From Takakia lepidozioides (Eukaryota > Plantae > Bryophyta): DNA of 64,000 nucleotides. Position numbers and translations under genes: made by a program. Position 1 is the stretch's first letter. Each line of letters begins with the position of its first letter. The stretch spans positions 20,708,001 through 20,772,000 of the forward strand of contig CM060732.1 in the NCBI GenBank assembly GCA_030704615.1. Reading direction: 5' to 3'. Positions 1 through 11,869 of this stretch are shown in pieces. The notes under the pieces were generated by a model. The model worked only from the letters and a program-made list of their open reading frames with translations, was not told the DNA's origin and ran no database searches.

Positions 1-384
1 TCCCATATACCCCTCTCCGTGTAACTCCAGTTCCTCGTAACCCCATCATCCTGTAACCCTCTGCACGTCAGCGCTTTAGCTCCGCCTCGTGTAACCCTCA
101 TTGTGCAACTCTCACATTGTAACCCCACCATGTAACCCCGATACTGTATCAATCCCCCCGTGTAACCCCCGATTGTGTCACTCATAGCTCGTGTCACCCC
201 GGATCCTTTATCCCCAACGCATGTCACCCCTGTTCGTGTAGCCCCTTAGTGCCCGGCAAAAATTGGCGGGCTCCAAGAGGTGTCAGATATTTTGAATTCA
301 AACCTGGGTTACACGATTCGGTGACATCAAAACCCACGTGTAACTCCATCATCGCTCGTCATTTTCACCAGGTGCGTAGACGAC

Positions 385-3300
385 GTGCAGTCCCGAGGGC
401 TCCGCTGCGTTGCCCGCGTGTATTATGCGATTTGTACTGTACTGGTGGTATTGTTGCTGCTAATGGCATGTGCTGCCGCGAAGGTGCTAGACGAGGAACG
501 CAAAGCAGCATTGGAATCAAATGGTTTGAAAGATGAGGCGGGAGAACTCTGTCATTTGCAGCATTTGGTATCTCATTTGAAATGCATCCTACAGCTGCCC
601 ATAGACGGGCTTTTCAATCACACAAACCTCCGTTGGATACGCCAGGTTTCCCAGGGAAAAGGGAAACGGATATCCATCGAAGTAGCTGTCGTTCCATGGT
701 CTCGCATTCCTGACTTTCTGGAGGGAGAAAGGAGTAGAGTGGATGGGAAGACCCAATTTTATGTTCAAGATCGAAGGTACCGTGAGTTGCCAGATTTGAC
801 AACACCGCGTGCAAACAGTTATCGTCAGTGGCATAAGTAAGTCACTTATGAGGGTTGTATAACATTCCCAGCCCCACTTCTTTCTGCTAGTCTAGCAAAG
901 TCGTATATGGCGATAACCCTCCTCGCTTTATATGCTTTTTTTGCAGGTACCACTGCTGCTACGGCCCGATAGATAGGCGCACGGACCCGCCGATTGTGAA
1001 GAAAAAAGAAAAACCGATAGCAGCCTCCGATAATCAAACAGCAGTCAAGCGAATCAGACGTAAGGCAGCGGATTTCGGAGAGTCATAAAACGTGGGTGTA
1101 CGTGTAGCTTCAAAGTTGGCCAGTGTTTTCTAGATTCAGAGTTGGCAATCATCACATACTTCCAGAAACAGCATGTGGATGCAAAAGGAAAGCCATGTCA
1201 TGGTTCAGCTGACCCCTCTTCCCATTTCTCGCGATTCGTGCATGCCCCTCGTCTCAGCCAAGATATGAAACAGTGGATCGTCGATAGTCTTCGCAGTGGC
1301 CTATCTCCAGCTATGATTATGACACAACACACTCAACAACTCCAGGAAGCTTGTGCGTCTCAGCCAGGCATGGAGTGGAGTCGCGATTGTTTCTTGTTCG
1401 AGTACGACGTGAGAAACATTGCCGACAAGCTTGCGATTGAGAGTTACAAAAAACATCCAGATGATGCACAAAGTGTACGTATGTGGGTCAATAGCAATCC
1501 TGAAAGCGTCTTCTTCTACCATGAAGAGACAGCGCCAGTGGCGGGTGATTTGAAGTTCGTAATTGGAATACAAACGGAGTGGCAAAAACAGAAAATGATC
1601 GACTTGGGACACAACCGTGTGGTATCCTGCGATGCAACATTTGGGACCAACGAAAATAAGGTATTCGTGTCACGCTTTACCTTTCATTGCATTCTGAAAT
1701 GTGAGTGCCATGCAACTGTTGCCAATATTTTAACGCTCACCTTATTCATTTTTGTACCATTGCGACATTGCAGTTCCCAATGTATACCATGATGGTGTTC
1801 GACGAATGGCTCAACGGCATACCTGTTGCTTATATTATATCAGCGAGAAACAAAACGACTGACTTGAGCCCCTGGATGAAACGTCTTCGCGACCGACTTC
1901 TTCAGAGCAAACCAGATTGGAGGCCAAATGCTTTTGTTGTCGACGATGCAGACGCAGAAATCAATGCTATCAGGTACACGGCTAGAAGTTACAATGTTCT
2001 GAGTCACACTACAAGTTGCATGCACGAGGGGTTTCATGGATCGGGCTACACTGCTGCTAGTTACACTGAGAATCACAGTAAGAGTTAAACTGCCAGTTAC
2101 ACGAGGGGGTGCATTGCTGCCTGTAACACTTGGAGTTACACTGTCAGTTGCTCGAGGGGTTACATGGATTGGGTTGCAGTGCTGTCTATTACACTGAGGG
2201 TTACACTATCAGTTAGACAGATGGTTATACTGCCTTGAGTTGGACGGAGGGTTACACTGCTGTGAGTTAGACCGAGGGTTACTACTGTGAGTTAGACCGA
2301 GGGTTACACTGCTATGAGGTAGACAGAGGGTTACACTGCGAGTTACACAGGGAGTTACACGGCGTGTCATCCGCAGTCCTACATGGATTAGGTTGCACTG
2401 CTATAGCATGTGAGTTACACTGGGAGCATCGCAGAGGGTTGTATGGGTTGGGTCGCTCTGAGAGTTACACGGTGTAACATGGATTGCGTTACAGCGCTGC
2501 GAGGGGTTATATGTGTTGGGTTACACTGCTGTGAGTTTCACTGATAGTTACATGACCAGATGCACGAGGGGTTACATGAGTCACACTACTAAGAGTGACA
2601 CTTTGAAGAGTTACACTTCTACGAGTTACACTGCGAAGAGTTCCTCTGATAAGAGTTACACTGACAAGAGTTACACTGATGGATTGGGTGGCATTTGATG
2701 TGTGTGCGTGCAGGGAATCGTTTGGGGACGTAGCAATATTTATGCCTTTGGCATGTTCGCCGCGCTTGGCTGAAACATTCGTGGCGTAAGATCATGCCCG
2801 ATCCATACACTCGCAATGCTGTTTGGAAACAGCTTGGCGACGTAATGTACGGCAGTAACGCCTGTGGGAGTCCCCCAGAAGGTGGGCCGGAGCGACTGGA
2901 AGATTTGAATATTCCATACGCTTGCGCGTGACTTCCTACGTTACATCAGAATGGAAGGGTCCAAAACTGAGCATGTGGATCACGGGGGCTCGTTATATTC
3001 CCCACGCAAGTCAGGATACTAATGCCGCAATTGAATCTTGGCACGGAAATTTGAAGGCTCGTTTACGCTCGGGAAGCAAAGGCTTGATGGCAGGAGGAGA
3101 ACGATTGGCTGATCAGCGAACTCGTGGGTCCTGTTCTAACCCACTATTGGTATAGAGATAACTTGAAATCGAAAGGCTTCAAAAGGAATGTACGACAGGA
3201 GGAAATTATCAGTAATGCTGTTTGGACTGCAAGGGAGATCCCTGATGTCAATGTTCATTTGCCCACTGTTCCTGGTCATCCGGCGATTGTTGGATAGTGT

Positions 3301-3830
3301 TCAAACGGCCGGTCGAAGCTACCACAATCTATGCACCTGCGACCACCTGGGCTTGTTGCGATTGTCCATGGGCTTTGAAGGGTAACTTGTGCAAACATCA
3401 AATCCGCGTTCTTCAATTGATGAAGCCAAATCTGAAGGAAGGGCTTATTGTGAAGCTCTGTGGCACAAAGCTCGGGACCATTCATGGAGGTCTTCACATG
3501 TTGATGAAATCGGAACTTCCAGATATGATGCAGAGGAGGAAGTTGTGAATCTAGCAGAGCCTACGGAGTGCTCAGCATCATCCGCGTGGTCGGCAGGAGC
3601 CATCGGATGTTTCATCAATTGAATCTGAGATGAAGTCCCTGTCGCTTCTTGGCAATGAGAGTGTGAAACAATGCGCAAACATTTGCTTGCCGAGCTTCGT
3701 TGTGTTCGTGGGAGGCTGTCCACTTTACAAGTTAGAATCGACAAAGGTCTGTTGCACCCTCTTCAAGCAGTTCCATTCATAAAAAATGATGATGGAAACA
3801 ACATGTCCCTTGCCAGGAAAGTAGATTTGT
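385..3830 (+). pseudogene. MULE transposase with SWIM zinc finger (similar to the At4g13970/At1g60560-type plant SWIM proteins); multi-exon, frameshifted
   Basis: Motifs in order: VPWSRIPDFLEGE, YHCCYGP, KRGCTCSF, HVDAKGKPCHG, CDATFGTN, FPMYTMMVFD..GIPVAYII, VVDDADAEINAI, CLWHVRRAW, DTNAAIESWHGNLK, SWIM CDCPWALKGNLCKH. GT-AG introns at ~836-947, 1661-1772 and 1974-2713. Several 1-bp frameshifts after 950. Confidence 0.9.
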
Positions 3831-5195
3831 AGACCGGTTCCGTAGTAAGTGACCATTGAGTCCATTGGCAATGACACTTACTTTGTGATCACCAAGTTTA
3901 ATATGAAGTACATGTCTGTTCATGGGTTGTTATTCACTTTGCCATTCCATCCACATTCAACCTATGTAACCCACTCAATGGGCCCATGGGCCGGGGTGAC
4001 ACACCGCAGGGTTACACTGTCTGGGGTTTCATAACGTAACATAGCTCTACTTAGTGTAACTTGCATCTGTGGTACTCCACACAGTGTAACACAGATGAGT
4101 GTGAACCTCTTCAGTGTAACTCATTGTGGTGTAACTCCAAGTGTAACTGCAATGTAACTATCAACAGTGTAACCTAGTATGTAACCCCATAGAATATTGC
4201 TGTCAGTGGTGTAACTCTGAGAACAATGTGACTACAATGTGACTACAGGGTCTGGGTTAGTCTGCCGGGGTTACATGACCCTTCAATACAGAGTGGGAAG
4301 ATGTTGAAGTCGAGCACCTTTAGTCACCAACACTAGCCCCTGTATGTGTAACCCCTCTATGTGTAACCCAATTTGTGTGTAACCCATGGACGTGTAATCC
4401 ATGAGATAGATAATCATTCCGTTCAACCTATGTTATGGACCAGTGTAGCCCTCCGGAGTGTAACTTGTTGTTGTGTAACCCAAGAAGTATGTATCCCGAC
4501 CACATGTAACCCCCATTGATGTCACCCCATCGCATGTAACCCATTGTACAATTTGGGGTGCACGCTATAAACCCCGATGCTACATCACCCCATCTTATGT
4601 ATCCCCACGACACGTAGCCCTTGTATAGGCAACCCTGCCCACTTTCATTGTGCACAGTGTAACTTAGAACTGTGTAACCCTCTTGAGTGAGTGTAACCCA
4701 GAGTGTTGTAACTCCAAGAAGTATGTAGCCCGACCAGATGTTACCCCCACACTATTGTGACCCCATCGTATGTAACCCATTGTACATAGCCTCATGTATG
4801 TAACCCCATGTAGTATAAATCTGAGAACTTCAGTGCACAAACACTTCAGTGCGAAAAAAATAAAAAAAAAACAAATGCGCATAGTCGAGGTGGGGTTACA
4901 TGCCACGAAAGTATACTGTTTCAGCAACGTGACCCTGACATAGCCAGGTATGTAACCCATAAGTGTAACCCCACGTTGTGAGACCCGGCATGGTGTAACC
5001 CATCACTTATGTGTGAACCCACAGAGTGTAAGCCCATTGCCCCAGGGCCCAAAGGTGTACCCAAGTACTTGTCTATGATTCCACTTCATGTAACCTTATA
5101 AGGTGTAACCCCATGTAAGCCCATTGCATGAAACCCAAACTGTGAAGTGTTACGAACAAACCACATAGAAGCAAAAATGCATCAAGAGACGCTAT

Positions 5196-8100
5196 TTATT
5201 TCTTTGGCCATCTGACCAAGTCTTTGTCCATCTCGTCACACAGCCAACTAATCATATGAGTACGGGAAGCTATCATGGTTGACTCGTTGAACCAACTTGC
5301 AGTAAACGCCCGCCTATGACGGGTTCGATCTTCTGTGGTTTTCACATTGAACTTCCACTCCAAGTAAAATTGCACAAAACAAAGTGCATAATAGCCGCAC
5401 TCCCAACAGCTCCGTTGGGGGACACTGGCCTCAAACCATTCCATCCTCTCCATGACGTAACTGAAGTCATCAGATCCAGGCATGAAATCAAAGAACGCTA
5501 TGGCAAAATTTCGCAAAATTCCTTCAATGAGTTTGGGTCGGGCAATGGTTTTATGGGAGTCCAAATGTACTATCCGACCTCGGCGCTCTAAAACAGCAAC
5601 ACTCCAGTGATCACTGCAACACAAACAAAGCCGTTACGTCAGAATAGAAAAAAACATCTCATGAAACCCATTGTGGTGTAACCCAGTAGTGTAACCCTTT
5701 GTACTGTAACTCTAAACGGTGTTACACAACTAGTCAGCAGTCACTAGTGCAACTCAGTCTAGAATAGAGGAGTGTAACCCAACATGCTCAGTCAACGCTG
5801 AAATTACTTACTCGAAGACAATAGGGATGACAACCACGTCCACAAGATCTCGATTCTTTGTGAACACCATCCCTCGGGCATCCTGAGTGTACCATTCTTG
5901 CACCAACCCGAATAGCGTCTGCAGATCGTTACCATTGGTACGCATGACATGCCATTGAAAAGGAGCACAGATGACAAACTCAGGTGCGATAGCCTTAAAC
6001 AATTTGGCCTCCAGAAGTTTGTTGTAACCGAGAGCAATGCATCTGTGACAGTTGCTCTTATTTTACATCGGCTCAAAATGTCTCTTCCAAGTAAAACTGT
6101 AACGGACTAGAAGCCAGGAAGGCATCGCCATAATAAAACTTCACTTCGGGCGCCCCAGGAGGGTCCGACACCATTCTGAACTTTGTCAAGTACCGTTGTT
6201 TTAGTCTGCACAACAAACCGCACATTACGAACATTACGATGCATCATACAAGAGTTATAATCAATATTCAAAATCAGAGAGGATCAAAGTACAATGAGGT
6301 ACCTCGAACGCTCCCGCAAGTGCTTGGCAAGGACCTCTTGCTGCTGGACAACGTCAACCTCCGAGACCCCTGCACTTTTGCCTTTCGGTTTGGTTCGCTG
6401 TTTTTTGGGTGCGACAAGAACAGATACTTCTTGTCAGCGCTAGGGGGTTCAGCCAACCGCTTTCTTTGAGCAGGCGGCCGTTTTGACCTCCTGGGATTCT
6501 CTGCAACCCTGACAATGCCGCCGATAGGGGGAATTTCTGAGCCAGAGGTGCCTTGTTCTGAGTTTGCTGCAAGTGCTGAAGACTGCACTCCCTCGTCTGA
6601 GACGTGCTGGGGAGGTGATTGACCAAGGGCAGAAGTGTCACAGCTCACCTCCTCGGTGCTACCCTGTCAGTGTAACCCTTCTGTTCAAACCCCTTGTCAC
6701 GCTTCTTAGTGTCACCCTTCTCTTCGGCTACCTCCTCAGTGTCACGATTCTCAGTGTCAACCCTTCTCTTCGGCTCCTCTGTCAAGTGTCACCCTTCTCT
6801 TCAGCTACCTCCTCAGAGTCACGCATCTCAGTGTCGCCCTTCTCTCCGGCTACCTTCTCAGTGTCACCCTTCTCTTTGGCCGCATTATCAGTGTCACTCT
6901 TCGCAGTGTCCCCTTCTCATCGGGTTCCTTCCCAGTGTCACTCTGCTGAGTAACAATCTTATGTGTGTCACCCTTGGCAGTGTCACTCTTCTCAGTGTCT
7001 AGATGCTCCGCAACATCCTTCTCTTCGTGACTCTCCACAGTGAAACGCTTCTCAGTGTGACCCTGCTTTGTGTCACCCTTCCAACTGACAACCTCCTCGG
7101 TGACACCCTTCCCCGTGTCACCCATGTCGATGTCACTCTTCTTGCATCAACCTCCTCAATGCCATCCTTGATTGTGTCGCCCTTCTCCGCACCCTCCAAG
7201 ACCATGTTGACTAGCAGAAGACCGTCATCCGTCGCGACTAGTGGCCGTGGCAAAGGAGTGTCACCTTCCACGACTAGTGGTGGAATGTCATCCATGACAG
7301 TGTTACACTCACTGACATCTACCATGTGGGTTGGCTGTGGGGTGTCACCCCTATCAGTGTAACCCATGTCAATGTCACTCTCAACGGAAGTTGCAGTGTT
7401 CACGGGCAATGGTGTGTCACCCACGACAAACGTGTCCCCACCGCGTTGCCAGTGACTCCAAGTTGAGGTGCAGTGTAACTCCTTCCTGTGCCCTGACCAG
7501 TGTAATCTGCCACACAGTGTCACCCAGGTGCAGTGTAAACCCAGTGTAAAGGGCATCCTCCCCTTGCAGAGTCACCCTGCGCATCAATGGGACCCACGAA
7601 GGCTGGGTCATTCTGAGAGAGGTTGACCACATGATCCTGACAAATACTTACATTGCTGCATCGAGGGTTCAACCCAGCATCTCCAGATTCAAAGTCATAC
7701 ACAGACTCTGGGTCAAGCGGGTCCCCGATTCTTCGATTAAGACCTTCAAAAGAAATGACTGGGGCTGCGGACAAAGAGGTTCGCACTTGGGTGTTCCACC
7801 TTGATGTATCATCTTCAGTATCAGTATCAGAAATCATGGGCAAATCCCGCGTCAAGTCTGCTAGGTTCACCCCTAAGTGCAGCTGGGTTGAGTACAATTC
7901 ACCAACCTGCGACAAAGATACAACGGCAGATTGACTTGGAATGATGTCCTCGTCATGTACATCGTCGCTCTGCGGGGCGGAAATTGGCCCATCGCTCGTC
8001 TGCGCGCCCCCTACGCCCCCTGTATCGCATTGTGGGGGGCCCCATACACAACTTCGTGAAGCTCACGTTGAGCCTCAAAAAGGTTTTTTGAACGCATTGG

Positions 8101-10551
8101 CGACTTGATTGGTCATGAGCTCGGACTCATCTGCATCGGGGAAAAGACAAAGGTTTTTAGTCGTGGAACGAGGTTTTTGAAAGTGCAAGGGTTACACTAT
8201 GTAAGGGTTACACTGACTAGGACAAGACAGTGGTTCGGATTACACGATATGGGTTACACCACCCTGTTAGAGACAGTAGTTTGCAATGGGTTACACTACC
8301 ATGGGTTTACACTACTGAGATTACACAACGAGAGGGTAACAAATCTAGGGTAACACAGCGAGGGGTACCATTAGGGTACACTGATTACAGGGTTACATAC
8401 TCCGAGGGTTACACTGATTTACACACAGCGAGGGTTACACTGAGTACAAGGTTCCACATAGCCGAGGGTTACACTGATTACAGGGTTACACACAACGGGT
8501 TACACTGAGTTACAAGGTTCCACATAGCGAGGGTTACAATGATTACAAGATTACACACAAAGGGGTTACACGACGAGAGGGGTGACAGTGGATGGAGTAA
8601 ACTTACAGAGATACCAAGGCACTACAGACCCAAGGTCTCTCATATACTGGATGCCCAAACGCGCATTGAAGTCCATTTCTGTTGGTGATTCGCTGAAGAG
8701 GCCACAACACCAAAGCTGGATAAACGATTCTCTCTGTTGGATCGCAAAGTGATGGCGGGCGACGACGGCTTGCCTTGCAAAACTGTATAGCTCCGTTGAT
8801 CTTAATTGACCGGTCACCCCACTCTTCTGTACTCAAACTCGATCTTAAGTCTTCGAGCTCAGAATCCAAGGTCGCAATTCCGTCACCAGGTTGTGCAAAG
8901 TACATCAGACTAAAGCCGTAATACTCATCGACCAGGTCCTTCACCTTTGAGGCCGTAAGAGCACTTTCCAGAAGTTCAGTCGTGAACCCCAACCTGGGAT
9001 GCGTTTGGGAAACTGACCTGCCATGATTTCTTACATCGTTGTGGGCTAGAATTCTCAAAAGGAGTGGTGGCGGTCCAATGTGCGGTTTGGTGAGATTCTC
9101 CATTTGACTGATCAATCCTTCGGCAAAACCACGAGTGAATTCCAACGGATGTGGAACAACCAAACCTTTGATTCCATCTACAGTAATAGTGATGACAAGA
9201 GGATTTGAAGTTCTGGCATCGTCAAGGTCGGTATTGCCAACAGCTAGTTCGTCCATCGTGTCATCATCATGTGAGGCTTGGCTCTCTCGATGGACTCGTG
9301 TAAGTCTCCCACCTTTTTTCTTTTTCTGCTTTGGCATGTCAGGATGCCCAATGCTCTCTAATACTCCTTCACCCGATTCAATTCCTCTATCATTAACGGA
9401 CCATGATCCGGCTGGGCAGTAAATGCCTTGTGGGCAGCAACAACACTGTCCATATCATCGCTTCTAAGATGATATCGACCTCCCTGCGCAATACAGCGTG
9501 AGGGGTTACACCAGAGAAAAATGTTACAGCACGGGGTTACACATGAAAATGGGTTACAAACAAGATGGGCTACACGGGGGTTACACAGAGGTGGGTTACA
9601 CACCATAGGGGTTTTTAAAAGGGGTCCTCTGTAGGTGGGTTACACTCTGGGTTACACGCCACAGGAGAGACAGGGGGGGTAACACAAAGGGTTACATGGA
9701 TAGACAACAGCCCAAAATTTGAAAAACAGAGAAATGGCAGGGAATCCAACTTGATTGTCTGTCGATAGAACCCAACTTGATTTTGCAGCTGTCGCATGGA
9801 CTGCGCCCTCGCCTCGCGCAACAAATTCTTGGAATGCCGGCCAAAACCCCTTCTCATTGACATTCGGAAATGGGAACTGAGGAATAAGGCCATGCGGTAG
9901 CAGAAGGATTGAGCCTGGAGTTCTCTTTCGCAAGATGAACCTTGAGCTCCGGTTTCCCCGGTTTGCAATGTTGATTTTCTTTGCAATAGGGACAGGTAGA
10001 GGCGGGCTCAATCGCCGCTTGTCTCTCTCGTTAGAAACCTGCCGAATAGAAGGACCAGGGACAGAAACAGCAGGAGCACTAGAAGATGGAACCTCTGTAG
10101 CAGAAATAGCCGAAGAAGAGGACAAGCAGGCACTTCAATAGGATCTGCAATCTCACCCAAAGCCACCCTATTTTGCAGAATCCATGCATGATATGCATCA
10201 ACAGAAGAAGCTGGAACAGAATTCATCACATTTTCAACAGCCATGGCATGCTTGAGCTCCGCATCAGGAAACGGTTTTGTTCCTTTCGGTCTGGCCATAC
10301 ATGCGGCCGTTCCATCGACAATATGCCGATTCAATCTGCTCTTATCTACCTTTACTGCCCCACAATAAGGACATTTGAACTTAGGCCGGCCCTTTGCTCC
10401 TCCACCTTGGCCTCTCTACACCTGGTGTGGCAGTACGCGATCATTGTAGCATGCTCATGCTCAGTGTACCAAAGCGAACTCGTTCGCCATCCCTTTTCAA
10501 GTGATCAAATGGAATAGTAGCCTCTCCAGGGAACAAATAACAATCAGCCAT
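5196..10551 (-). pseudogene. Transposon accessory gene: Cys/His-rich N-terminus, low-complexity acidic middle, C-terminal Ulp1-like (peptidase C48) SUMO-protease domain; frameshifted
   Basis: C-terminal exons give VVVIPIVFE|DHWSVAVL...HLDS...VPQRSCWECGYY (His, Asp, Gln, Cys of the C48 active site). Upstream ORFs (6274-6648, 6999-7915, 8603-9337, 9652-10334) are joined by GT-AG introns at ~5810-5614, 6291-6208, 8604-8135 and 9750-9484, so they probably form one long gene from the ATG at 10551. The Ulp1 domain is solid; the single-gene model is inferred. Confidence 0.7.
6690..7560 (-). repeat. 15/30-bp coding minisatellite (EVAEEKGDT / VT-rich peptide) built on the GGGTGACA motif variant
   Basis: Repeated cttctcttcggctacctcctcagtgtcac-like units. 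Periodicity is a multiple of 3 and the - strand has open acidic peptide frames. Confidence 0.65.
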
Positions 10552-11379
10552 GACAAAAGAAAAAGCTGACAGAAGAGAAGAGAAGAGCAAGAGCAAGAAA
10601 AGACAAGAAAGAAAAGACCAAGAGAGAATTCCGAAGAACGCACAACAGGGAGCACGCACAGCAAGGAGTGCAGGAAGAATATGAATGGCTGCGAGAAGGG
10701 GAAAACTGAACAATGATCAAAGAACGAAGAACGAAGCTAGCTAGATGTCACCCGTAAGGCACGTCGGTTAAGCGAAAGACGGCGGTTCATTAAAATCTGG
10801 CGGCTTGCAATCAATTATATCCGCACTGACTCACACGTGTATGAGTTGCAATCCCGGTGTCACCCGGAATAGCGGAGTGTAACCCGTAACCCTACACTTG
10901 TGAGCGCGACAAACCGGCCATTACTCGAATGCCAGGCACGTCGAGTGTAACCCTCCGTCAGGTACCCAGATATGATGTAACCCTTCGTCACAACCTCATG
11001 TACCCCTAGTCTATGTGACTCCCGAACACAACATCGATGTAACCCTGTCATATCAAACCATTAGTATGCAACCTCCAGGTAAACATGGTCAATGTAATGC
11101 CCCACCCATGTAACCCTAGCCTATGTGGCTCCGCGAGCGCAACATCCACGTAACCCATCAAACATGTCAACCCATCTAAACCTCCATTACTAAACCGTCT
11201 ACCAAGCTAGCATGTATTGAGAAAGAAAACACCGTGTAACCCCCTGTGTGTAACCATACCACACGTGAGGTAGTCATATAAACCATCAGACATGTAACCG
11301 GTTGACAGTGCTTGCAAAACACGCATGATTCGATACGTATTGCATCCATAATAGCGATGAGTAGGCTGCCCCGGCTGGT

Positions 11380-11520
11380 GTTGTGAACAAAAGAGATACA
11401 CGAGAGGAGAGTGAATGGGCACCCCGTCAAATGAGCGGCTGCTTGCATGGCTAGACCGAAAGAAACAAAACCCTTTCCTAATGCGGATCTTAGGAATACC
11501 ATAGCCATCGGGGACGGTGA
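11380..11520 (+). pseudogene. Inverted, degenerate paralog of the N-terminal segment of the Ulp1-domain gene
   Basis: MARPKETKPFPNADLRNTIAI (+, 11447) vs MARPKGTKPFPDAELKHAMAV (-, ~10298); most differences are at third codon positions. Confidence 0.7.
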
Positions 11521-11869
11521 CAAAACAACAAGAATGACATTGAGAAAGAAAAAAGATAGAGACAACCGTATCAATCGTAGAGAAAACCGTGGTAATAAAT
11601 TTGACGGATCGTTGCACGGAAAGAGTTGTCTTGTATGTGCTGGGGGATGACGATACTGAACTGAATGAACTACAAATCTTTCGCATTGATGTGTGAAGCC
11701 GATTGGGCACCATGGGAATTGCAGAGAAGCTGATGCCCCAAAGCAAAAAAACGAGCGAGCTAAGAATCTGGAAACGGATGGAGAGAGCAAATTAGGGTTT
11801 CGGCCTCTATTTAAACCTCCATTCGGCCGTCGGATAGTTTACACGTGTATGATGTACACGAGGCGTGAT

